Positions 1-11,157 of a stretch of 64,000 nt of DNA are shown here, in pieces; positions within the stretch are counted from its first letter, which is position 1; each line of letters opens with the position of its first letter. The notes beneath the pieces were generated by a model that saw only the letters and a program-made list of their open reading frames with translations, was not told the DNA's origin and searched no databases. The stretch lies in contig CM119372.1 in NCBI GenBank assembly GCA_051294905.1, forward strand, positions 15,440,001 to 15,504,000. The letters are read 5' to 3'. The position numbers and the translations under genes were made by a program. The DNA is from Botryllus schlosseri. Lineage: Eukaryota.

Positions 1-414
1 GATGGGTTGTCGTGACAAAGTCACAAGCCAATCTCACTTTTATGGTTTGGAATCAGGTTGAGTCGAGTCGAGTCAGATTGAAACTACTCGATATGAAGAC
101 GGAGATGACGAGGTGCCCCATAGAGCTTCTCTTCATTAAAGGTCAACTGCATCTTCAAAATGACTTTACCTTATTTCGTACATTATGTGGTTAGGAATAT
201 GAATAAAATAATGAAAATTTAAAATACCTTATAGTATTCAAGTAATTTAAATTATAAATCGAAAAGCTGAAAAACGGATATGAAATCATTCAGCTATGAA
301 ATGACGTCATGTGAGTTACACAGCAAAAGTCCTGGTAAGGTAAACAGATAGCTATTCGTGTTGGGATTGATTTTGATACTGGATTTGATTGTGAATATGG
401 AAGGTATGAAGAAG

Positions 415-1830
415 ATGAGGCACGGAGGTACATCTTGTGTCGCGTATGGTTGCTCCAATACGCGATATTCGGTACCCAAAGTGTCTTTTCATCGCTGTCC
501 AAACCCTATTACTGGAGAGGATTATGAAGACTGTGTGAAAGTGATATGACTGATATCCAATCCCTGTCAAGAGATGATAGCTTTCACCCAACAGAGTTAG
601 ATGGCGAGTCAGAGTGAGTACTTGAACAGTGTAATCATATTTATACCAAGTCTTCACCAATATATTGATTTGCAGGCATTCAGATTCAGAGGAATGTCTG
701 GAGAATAGCAAGACCCAGTTTGTGATTGTGTGTGGGCAGAAATAAGCTGATGGGCATTTTTCAACATTGTCCAATGTGTCAATCAGAGTCGGACGTGCAA
801 GAGTCTGGTTTGGTGCATGGCTGTTCTACAAGAAGAACAGCTGAAAGTTGTGGAAATTGTAACTGACCGGCACCCACAGATTCCAAAGCATATCAGAGAA
901 ACACATCCAGAAATAAAACATACATTTGACACGTGGCATCTTGCAAAAGGTGAGACTGGCTATCTATTCTAAACAGTCACTCTTTTCCATTCACGCATCA
1001 TACAATCCACCAGGTTTCCGCAAGAAGCTGTTGGCACTATCAAATCGAGCTGACTGCAGAAAAATTCGGCACTGGATCAAAGCTATTACGAGTCAAGTTT
1101 ATTTTTGCGCACGCCGTGGTGATGGAGACCCAGATTTGTCATTGGAAATCTGGCGAGCAGTTGCTAATCATAAATGTTCATCAGCAACCAGCACTCTACT
1201 TCGTCTGAACATACAGAACTGCTGGAACCAAGGTTATTGTTTCATCAAGGTAAGGTGATTTACGGGTGGTGTAGATGCCGTTACATCCTATAAAGATGAA
1301 ATTGCCTACTTGACTGTATCAAAAAGAAACAAACTGCTCCATTCAGCATATATACATGATACATATCTAGGCCTAAATTTAAGTTGAATGAATAGCATCT
1401 TTGATTCTGTTGTTTACCATTATGACAATCCATTTTCAGATTCATTGGCATATGAAAGGATTTTCGATGTTCTCTACTCCATGTGAATGGAAAATGACAT
1501 ACGCCATCTATCGCCGAATGGAAACACTGCTGGAAGTGAACCCTTCAATGCCCTCCTCAATCATTTCTGCCCAAAGTTATATCAATACAACCATAACAGT
1601 CAAAAAGCCAGGTAGGTACCTTGCAGTGTCTCGGCTATTCAAAACAACCTATATCAGATTTTGGCATAATTACTAGCCTCATCAATTATGCATTTTTTGT
1701 AGGATGCAGTTGGCAATTCTGCATTTCAATGAAAATTGCTCGAAAACTCGGAAAATGTCGAAAGGAGCACCGCGGTACTGTGTCAAATACCCGAAGTACA
1801 AAAATGGGAATGTACGGTCCACAAGATACT
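415..1830 (+). pseudogene. Kolobok transposase relic (THAP start plus DDE core fragments, spliced)
   Basis: THAP N-terminus MRHGGTSCVAYGCSN..SFHRCP at 415, then FQHCPMC, LKVVEIVTDRHPQI..KHTFDTWHLAKG (~840-950), WIKAITSQVYFCA..WRAVANH, HLSPNGNTAGSEPFNALLNHFCPK and MQLAILHFNEN. The sequence has frameshifts and stops, and the first catalytic-Asp region appears to be missing. Confidence 0.8.
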
Positions 1831-2159
1831 TTTAAATTCAACATTTGGTAACTGCCGTTGATATGACTGCATCATAAGATTTCGTCATATTGTTATCCAT
1901 GTTCTGGATTACTGCAATGAGCTTGTCGAAGAAGTTCAAGCACTCATCAGAACTGGACCAGAAACTGTTGAGTTGAGTGATTGTGATGAGACCGTTCCAC
2001 CTCCTCTGACTAACAGCATAATCAAAATTAGCAGAGAGGAAGCTATTGCCTGACATAAAACCCGATATGCTTTTCTGCCTGACACAGTAGTTATTTTGGT
2101 CGATTAGTTGTAGGCGTTTATTATTTGGAATAAAACTGTACATTCACAATGTGGCGTTA

Positions 2160-2840
2160 CTGAACTGGAATCCTTTGTAAGAATTTGACGTAAATTTTGT
2201 TCAGACAGCAGTAACAACGCATGCAGGCAGGATTTTCCGCTGGTTTTTGCCACAGAATTCCCGTACCCAGCGAACACAATTTCTGTAGGCAGTATGTTTC
2301 AACTTCCTGAAAAGTGAAAATAAGTGTATTAGTTCGAGATAAGTATTTGGCAACCGAATCAGAGACTCATCCCATTCATGCATCGAACTCGATGTTATTA
2401 TTCTGTGGCCATATTCCTGTTGATATCCATAGTAGGACATCTCCAATACGTCAACGTCCAGACACACTGAATTGAATCCTGGCAATTCTGTGATACACTT
2501 TAGCTCTGTCAGTAACTCTCGGAACCTCCTTACAGCACAAACTTACCAAGATACATGACTGAAACGAGCTATTACACTACAGACTATATATACAACTGTA
2601 TTTAATGTAGTCTCGACGAGTGGCTTGTGCTGAGTAAGCTAGGCTGATCATGACCCATCATATGAAGCTGCAAGGGGTTCCACTGACGTGGGATCGATCG
2701 CATCAACACCTGAACCAATCCGGCATTGAAACGGTAATTTTGTAAGTACGTGCAAAAATGATACTTACATTCGACATCCGAGTACTCGGACTCAGTTTCA
2801 ATATCACTTGGCAAATCCGTTACAATGGAATCCTCGGCTA
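2160..2840 (-). pseudogene. KolX-like accessory gene (P2X7 C-terminal ballast / nanor-like Cys-rich domain), degenerate
   Basis: Translates as LCCKEV..KCITELPGFNSVCLDVDVLEMSYYGYQQEYG..KLKHTAYRNCVRWVREFCGKNQRKILPACVVTAV*TKF..YKGF. This matches the remembered P2X7-ballast/KolX pattern; there is an in-frame stop where Arg is expected. Confidence 0.8.
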
Positions 2841-3883
2841 TAACTGACTAGAATAAAAACTGCGAGAACACAAATAGCCGCTGTGACCGGTGTTGATAAT
2901 ATGTGTCACTCACTTGACGTCACAATGCAGATTCTGCTTTTTCTGTAAACATGCCAATATTGGAACTTTCAGTCAAAATTACGGCAATTTCCGATTGAGT
3001 TGAAACACGGAAAGTCTGTAATTTCGTTATGAAAAAAAATTCTGAACATGATTCCGCAAAGTTGTCATGAAGATGCAGTTGACCTTTAACGAAAGATTCC
3101 GACACGTCTGTCAAAATTCGCTTGCTGCGCACTTACTGTTTTAGACGCTCCACGTTGAGCTTAGTTTCCGACTGTTTTTATCATCGGATACACGAACTTG
3201 GGATTTGTTTTTTGTTCTGGTCATGTGATTGTCAGTTTTCGGACCTTTCCCGCGAATATAGTATTGGATAAATGGGTATAGTAATCTTCGCTATAGGATA
3301 ATGAATCGCTTATCACTGGTTTAACTATACATAACTAACAGACGAAGGTTAGTTATCTATAGTTTAACCCTGGTCTCAATTACCGTATAAATCTGTTACT
3401 GTTGATGTGCTATGGCTTGCAGTTGCGAAGTTACACTGAAGTATGAGGCCTATGCTGATAATGTTTACGATACTGTACGTGTAAGGTATGTGACCATTAC
3501 CACCAGTTCTACTACATCACGGTTTCACGCTAGCGGTTCAGGGTCTGTAATTTGGCCTACCCGTTCCAGGGGTTTCAGCCGTTTGTAAAATTGAGTAGTG
3601 ACCAGGTGTGATTTGCTTTGGTATTGCTCGGAGGATTTCTCGTTTATTTTGTTAACTGGTTGACTGGCTGAAATATAGGCATACCTTTTGTGCAGTTATA
3701 TGGGTGAGCAGCGATGATTCCAACCTGGGAGATAGAGCTGGTGGTTGTCCCAGGAGTCTGATTCTTTTCTTAGGAGTCCCAGCCAGTTGTACGTGGGAAA
3801 CAATCACTATTCTGGGTACCGTTACCAATGAGCCGCATAAAACGAAAACAGAACTCACTATCGCAGGACAGATAAGGATATAA

Positions 3884-6344
3884 CAGTGGTTCCCAAACTT
3901 TTTCGGTGTGAGGGCCAAATTTAGAATTTCAGAGTGCGGTCGGGGCCGCACGAATACTACGGTTACGAAACGGTCCCAAACAGCCGTCATGGCTATTTTG
4001 GAGTAGTTTTATCGCCCTGACGAGATTTCAAAACTGTACACTGTTTACCACAACTTATCTGCTGCATTGGGTGTCCGGTGAGTGAATCAGCTTTCATGAC
4101 CTAAACGCGCGAAGCGCGAGAAATTTCTTTAGTTTAATAGCATGTATTGCTATTAATTTTCATCCTGTCTCTGTTCACGTAAACTGATTTACCGGTAGAG
4201 CTGAGTGAGGTGTGTTTGAAAAGGTATAGGCCCCCTCAATAGTAATTAAACATCTCCGGGGTATACCCGTTGGCCAGTATGGAATCGGTGTCCAAGGCAC
4301 GCAGGATCACGCCGACTTGGTCGCCAGTTGCACGCGGTCACGCCGTCACGGGTCGTTGATTTCATTTAAAAAAATAAATAAATAAAAATAAATTGAAAAA
4401 AAGTCAATGTTCTCAGCCACCCCAAATGCTATATTCCAGTTAGTATGTGGTATATAATGTTTTGACCTAATTCTCAAGCCAGGATCTGTTGATTACTGTC
4501 TGTTGGTAAAGTACTCGCACCTTACCAGTTGCTAACCATTAGCATCTGATCTCCTGTCACTGGCTTAACACAGTCATTTGAAGTCAGTAACCTTGCTTGT
4601 CACGCCGCAAAGTCGACTCTGTCACGCGAAAAAAGCTTCTATCACGCAGGATTTATTTCAAAAAAAAAGCGGAGATTCCAATCAGGCCCGTTGGCAGGAA
4701 TGTAACAGCACTTCGTCAGGACCCCAGGCTCCCATAGGGTGATAAACTGACCCCGCATCACGTTGTTTGCTTTTGCCACGAAATTAAAGTTGCACTGTTT
4801 AGTGAGACAGCGCGAAGCGCGAATATTTCGATAATTCTTGATAAAATCAGTGAATAAGATCGGGAATTGCATGGTTGTCCTCTTTGCCCACGTAATCAGA
4901 TTTACCGGTAGAGCTGAGTGAGAAGTGTCTTTGAAACTGCAGACACCGTAAAATTAAACATCTTTGGGCGGGCGGACCCCTATATATGACTTCTTTACAT
5001 GATGTTATTTCGTGACCTCCAGTCTGCTATATCAAAAATGTAGAATTGCCCAAACCTACTAAACTGAAAGATCAAACGATTTCAGATTGGTATTTCTTCA
5101 CTGGCGTATAATTTTCTTTCCTGCGGGATGGTATTTGTCTTGTGTGGTTCAGATTGCCAAGACAAGAACATTCGGCGCCTGTCATTTAGGCGCCTATATG
5201 GACAATTAAACCTATATATATTTTGTATATATACCGAATTTTTTGGTATTTCGAAGTTTTTTGTCAGCATAAAAGCAGTCCTTTACGGCCAAGGCTTTCT
5301 CGCTGCCGATCGTTCTGACACACTTCTTGGAGTCACATGTTGCATGGCCTAAAACTTTATATGTCTTGGTGCGGTCATGGCAAACGCTGATATGCCCATT
5401 TTTATAATCCTTGCGTATTTTTTCTGGGGGAAGAGTATACCCAATAATCAAGACATGTGGGTAATTGAAATCGCGCACCGCGCGAAAAATTTTTGAAAAA
5501 GTGGAATAGATTTTCAAAAAAATACTCTATAATTTATGCTAACTCACGAAATAATTTTTTGCCCCCTTCAAGCTCGCCCCCCTCAATTGGGGGGTTTGGG
5601 GTGCGACAGCTACGGCCCTAACTATAGGACTACTAATTATGCTGCTTTTAGCCGGCAAAGCAGTATGCATTTCGGCGCATTTAACCGCGACTCACGTGTT
5701 GCACATCTTGTTATCCTCGGGTTACCATACGTCCTCTTTTAAGATGATTTGTCCTATTTTTCGATTTTTTTAAAAGTGTCCTCGTAGGAAGCCCAAATGT
5801 CTTCTTTTTTGAGATTTCGTCTTCTTTTTTGAGGATTTTGGTCACATATAGGGGCAAATTCGACTGATATACATTAAATCAGCACTGTGGGAACGCTACG
5901 GCGACTATTTCGGGAGCTGGACCGGAAAGTTGACCTTTTTTTCAGTCAACCACCGGTTAATGTGAAAGAAAAGCTGTATTTTCCGGCAGTTGAGCTTCTT
6001 TTTCTCTTATAGTCAAGCGACCACGAAGTGGGAAAAATTTACCATTTTTTCAGGATTTTTCTCCGGTTTTGAAAGTTATCAATACCTAGTTATATCTGTA
6101 GCTACTGCCCGTTCACGGGAGAGTTAGGGCACATTGCATTGAAACAGCAATGACATAACGTTAGCAATCTATACTCACAACTATCCTGTAATAATTAAAA
6201 ACTACAGAGGCCAAGCCAAGCAAGAGAATTTTATAAATTTAAATTTTATTTTTTGTCATAAATCGATTTAATATATTTTGGGGGCCGCACGAAGGCTATC
6301 TGAGGGCCGCATGCGGCCCTCGGGGCCGCACTTGGGAATCACTG
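3884..6344. mobile_element. Non-autonomous hAT (Buster/Charlie-like) element with nested repeat fragments
   Basis: Ends CAGTGGTTCCCAA / TTGGGAATCACTG. Direct repeat ATATAACA at 3878-3885 (overlapping the left end) and 6345-6352. Internal duplication of ~4085-4250 and ~4800-4965, plus other MITE ends at ~5560-5620 and 5718. Confidence 0.7.
5718..6075 (+). mobile_element. Truncated copy of the hAT MITE at 38954-39411
   Basis: GGGTTACCATACGTCCTCTTTTAAGA.. aligns by eye with 38954 onward. No right TIR seen. Confidence 0.7.
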
Positions 6345-6761
6345 ATATAACATATATCCCTTTTGGCATCATGGCATGGTTTCAAGAGTAAAATTTCACG
6401 CAACTTATATATTATATAACTCGAAAATTCTTTCTGAATAAACGTATCCGTGAGCATAGTCGTCCTTGTTCTTCTGCATTGTCCCCTTCGTGCCGTTGTG
6501 TTGGGCCGAGATGAGCGTATAGAGTTCATGTGTATATGCAGGTGTTGCTGTGGCTCCTACGGGTTATCGTTACTTCCACAATCTGCATGACATATATCAA
6601 CAGCCTATGGTTCGGGTAGCTATAGAGGTGTGTATAATAACCAAAGCAGGGTTGGTGGAAATGTCATACTGGTCCGTTCAAATATTTAGGCCAATTATTC
6701 TAGGCAAGAAACCATTCCGTCACGCGCAACTTATCGCTGAAAACAACCACTGTTTCCGAGG

Positions 6762-7575
6762 AGGGTTGGTGCGATGACATGCAAAATAAGGTCAAAAACA
6801 TGCAAAATAAGGTCAGTCGCGACATGCAAAATAAGGTCAGTCACATGCAAAATAAGGTCAGTAGCGACATGCAAAATAAGGTCAGTCCGCACATAAATCC
6901 AAATCTATACTCCAATTACAAATCCAACTTTTTTCTCATGAAAAATAAATTCAAAATATCTTTCCTATATAGTAATTTCACGATTGGCATTCCCCATCTA
7001 TATCCTAAATCTGAAGATGTTTCAACAAAATGTAATCAGACGATTATTACAATTACGAGAGGTGAGTCGCATGTAGAATATAAAGAGTCCGCGTATAAAT
7101 CCAAATGTTTACTTCAAAACCTACTGTTTTCTTATGCCACTGACCTTATTCTGCAATCTGCATGTGGCGACTGACCGTATTTCGCATGCGACTGACCTTA
7201 TTTTGCATGTGACTGATCTTATTCTGCATGTCGCGACTGACCTTATTTTGCATGTGACTGACCTTATTTTGCATGTGACTGACCTTATTTTGCATGTCGC
7301 GACTGACCTTATTTTGCATGCGACTGACCTTATTTTGCATGTGACTGATCTTATACTGCATGTCGCGACTGACCTTATTTTGCATGTGACTGATCTTATT
7401 CTGCATGTCGCGACTGACCTTATTTTGCATGGGACTGACCTTATTTTGCATGTGACTGACCTTATTTTGCATGTGACTGACCTTATTCTGCATGTCGCGA
7501 CTGACCTTATTTTGCATAAGACTGTCCTTATTCTGCGTGTAGCGACTTATTGTGACCTTATTTTGCATATCATCA
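6762..7575 (+). mobile_element. Minisatellite-bearing non-autonomous element, copy A
   Basis: Begins AGGGTTGGTGCGATGAC. Then a short array of CATGCAAAATAAGGTCAGTC(A/GCGA) units (6778-6888), an AT-rich spacer, and a long array of the same 21/24-bp units in inverted orientation (7137-7568). Confidence 0.7.
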
Positions 7576-7609
7576 AGGCGCCTGGTTGCCGTGGTTGGGC
7601 CCAGGGGCC

Positions 7610-7938
7610 TGGCTGCCCATCCAACAAGTCTCTGCTGAAGAGATTCGGTGTCCTAAACATAGAAGATATTCAGAAACTAGAAATCACCACGAGTGACCTA
7701 TCGATCTCGATTTCCATGACATGCCGCCCTGTTTCTTGTCGCTTTCTTTTTCTATACTAGCTTTTCTACTTTCATTCAGTGTGCATGCCTTATTTTTACA
7801 TTGCCTAGGCCAAGGTGAGTGTCTGATTCCATAGACTACTCCAGGTCGCTTCGCGACATCTTCCTGTCTTTTCATAGTATCGCCTTTTTGTGGTGTATTG
7901 AACTGATAAAATTGCTGATAAATCGATGATGATGATGA
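7610..7938 (+). mobile_element. 3' end of a CR1/L2-group LINE with (GAT)n tail
   Basis: SLLKRFGVLNIEDIQKLEI resembles the ORF2 C-terminus of CR1/L2-group LINEs. It ends in GATGATGATGATGA (7925-7938). A second copy lies at 26457-27015 on the - strand. Confidence 0.6.
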
Positions 7939-8299
7939 CATATAAATTCAGGGTCTCTATTCGCGGAGAGTATATAATTTTCATCATGTTTAACGCGGAA
8001 TGAGTATGGCTGAGTATAAGATTCCTAAGTTGAAACACTCGAAACATTCCAGATAGGCAAATTTTTACAAAAAATTCCAACGAAACATTACAAAAAATTC
8101 CAACGAAACAAAGTCAGAAACAACGGATGAAGATTTTCTGACGCAGGCGGTATAATGACACAATGGCCTGACCATTTATATCCACTTTTTTCGTAACGGC
8201 TAGAACAACCCACTGCTGTAACATTGCTCCCAGTCTTCCCCTATATTTTGAATTTCAATTTTCACGGGGACATATATCAGAATTTTCATTCGAATTTTG

Positions 8300-9273
8300 A
8301 TATTTCAATGTTAAAAGTAGTGTAGGTAACAAAATTTATATTTTGATTTCCAGTAGAAAAAAGTTGGATTTGGAATTATGATTTTTGCGCGGACTGCATG
8401 CTAAATAAGGTCAAAAACATGCTAAATAAGGTCAGTCACATGCAAAATAAGGTCAGTCGCGACATGCAAAATAAGGTCAGTCACATGCAAAATAAGGTCA
8501 GTCGCGACATGCAAAATAAGGTCAGTCACATGCAAAATAAGGTCAGTCGCGACATGCAAAATAAGGTCAGTCACATGCAAAATAAGGTCAGTCGCGACAT
8601 GCAAAATAAGGTCAGTCACATGCAAAATAAGGTCAGTCGCGACATGCAAAATAAGGTCAGTCACATGCAAAATAAGGTCAATGGCATGCGAAATAGGGTC
8701 AGCCGCCACATGCAGATTGCAGAATAAGGTCAGTGGCATAAGAAAAATGTAGGATTTGATGTAAATATTTCGATTTATACGCGGACTGTTAATATTCTAC
8801 ATGCGACTCACCCCGTAATCGTAAGAATCGTCTGATTACATTTTGTTGAAACACCTTCAGATTTAGGATATAGATGGGGAATGTCAATCATGAAATTACT
8901 ATATAGGAATAATATTTTGAATTTATTTTTCATAAAAAAAAGAATTGGATTTGTAATTGAAGTGTGGATTTGGATTTATGCGCGGACTGATATTAATATT
9001 CTACATGCGACTGACTTCGTAATCAAGATAATCATGATTATCTTTTGATTGAAACATCTCAGGATGTAGGATATAGATAAGGAATTTCAATGTTGAAAGT
9101 AGGCTGCTATACAGGAAAGATATTTTGAATTTATTTTTCATAAGAAAAAAGTTGGATTTGTAATTGAAGTATAGATTTGGATTTATGCGCGGACTGACCT
9201 TATTTTGCATGTCGCGACTGACCTTATTTTGCATGTGACTGACCTTATTTTGCATGTCATCGCACCAACCCTG
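8300..9273 (-). mobile_element. Minisatellite-bearing non-autonomous element, copy B (inverted relative to copy A)
   Basis: Ends ..GTCATCGCACCAACCCTG (9273). Array 8397-8735 shows regular 21+24 bp alternation, the AT-rich spacer is present twice (~8790-8990 and ~8990-9195), and a short inverted array lies at 9193-9260. The left boundary is approximate. Confidence 0.7.
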
Positions 9274-11157
9274 TAGCTGTTTCCGGTCCGGTATATAGGG
9301 GCGGAGCAAAGTCGAGACTCCAGACACACCTCCATTACCCCCATCATCAGAAACCATGTCAACTCTCTTGTTAATGATCCCCAAATCTAACAACCATAAC
9401 CAGCGTCAAGCATCTGAGCATAGCAGTGACTGAATGATAGTGAGTAGCACATAACACTGTCATGTGTAATCCGATGGTCTTGTTGAACACTTCATTGATG
9501 TGGTGTAGTGCCAACTGATTATCAGATATTTTTCATTTGATTTTTACGCATAGGTTTAGAATATTTGCTTGGAATACATTCTATTATCATTAAAATTTGT
9601 ACGTTTGACACGTTGAAAAGAGAAAACTGCAATCATTCAAAATGGGGATATTTGGACCTGCCAGCACAGTTTTCGATGAGCAACTCGGTATGTATGTTAT
9701 GATAATTGATTCATTTGTGTAAAACACATTTGTTTTTCCGGGACGTAAACTTTGTGTCCCCTCCCAGTGGGGGTTAGCTTGCAGTGTATTTAAAATAAAC
9801 CATCCAAAATATTTAGTAATCCGTTGTACATCATAAATGAATATTTGCCAGGTAATCGCCAGAATCAAGAATCTCATCATGCCACGAAAGCGGCTTTGTC
9901 TCGCAGGGAATTTTCCCATTACATGCAAAGAATTATGTAAAAGATATTATTTTCAAGTTGAGACTTGGCTGGGGGTTGTAGCATACTCACATAGAGTGGA
10001 TGCTGATTCATGTAAAACAGGGGCGGGCAACATATGGGCCGGATCCGGCCCGTGACGGGATTTTGAGCGGCCCACAGAGAGTTTTTACACTGCAAGTGAA
10101 ATTCTAATCCGAAAGTACCGGTATTGATAATTTTATGCGTCACATAACGAATCCAAGTTTTCCAACCCGGATATGATGGCAATGGAACAATTTGTCCTGT
10201 TCGGGTCTACAATACTTACATTTGTGAACAAACATTTTCGACCATGAACTTAAACACAACATGGCTGCGTTCCAATATAACTGATGCTCACGTGCAATCG
10301 TTACGAAGGCTTTCTACATCTGACATGCAGTCAGAGTTCAAAGTACTTGTTGACAACTCTGATCAACTTCAACAGCTATTGAAGTACATTAGGGTAATAT
10401 ATTAATTAAATACTGTTTTGGGTCTATATGCTTTCAACAAACGTTTAAATTATATACGATTTATTCCTTGTATAGGTGGATAAATATGCGAATGATGTAT
10501 CGACTCCGTAATCCGGTTCGCCAAGCATTTCATTTCCCATATCAGGTCTGCCAACTGGATAAGTTGTCCGCCCCTGATGTAAAATGTAGGCTACCCTTAT
10601 ATACAGGCCTATATGACTTCACATCAAACCCAGCTTCTCATTATTCAATTGACTTAACACAAAGTCCGTATAATTTGTATTATTTTATTGTTGGTATGGT
10701 TTATTTTTGCTAATGTCGATTAGACATGGTGCTTGTTCAACTGTGCCGGCATAAGGTAACTACTTGAGTCTTTATTCATCATGTTCTGCACTACCAGATG
10801 ATAATCCTACCCACCCTGCAGCTTAGGTCCTTGGCAGTTATCTATTGAATTTCTTTCTGTGTGTTGGTTTTTACAACTGAACCTCGATTGTTTTTATATA
10901 TTGACGTGGAAAGTTTGTTTTCGTTGTGATTTTTCTGCTGCTTGCTAGTTTCATGCTACAGCAGGAGAGTTGTCCTGAGTTTTGAAACTGACAGATATTT
11001 GTATATATGGCTCTATAATACACGCTTCGTTTTATGTACATGTGTTATATATAGTAGGTGCTGTGCCATGGCAGTGCCTGAGCTGTCAACCACAATGAAT
11101 AAGAACACACAAGCAAATGTAACTCAATTACGGTTCAAGAGATATTTTTTGTTCTAG

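Larger units (their letters stand above)
140..3085 (+). mobile_element. Kolobok-superfamily DNA transposon, complete ends, internally deleted and decayed
   Basis: Perfect 18-bp TIRs AGGTCAACTGCATCTTCA (140-157 and 3068-3085), with TTAA on both sides (136-139, 3086-3089) and RR...YY termini. A THAP/DDE transposase relic on + and a KolX-like relic on - lie inside, in convergent orientation. Confidence 0.9.

Noticed and set aside
2201..2485. Host P2X7 receptor gene
   Set aside because: Only the ballast-like domain is present, with no channel exons. It lies inside Kolobok TIRs and has a stop.
1..3225. Coding sequence interrupted by the Kolobok insertion
   Set aside because: The rejoined flanks give only short stop-interrupted frames with no recognisable motif.
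7134..8739. Long repetitive ORFs (MQNKVSH/MQNKVSRD and TDLILHV) and a CRISPR-like appearance
   Set aside because: Units of 21 and 24 bp are multiples of 3, so both strands stay open. There are no unique spacers and no cas genes, and the context is eukaryotic.
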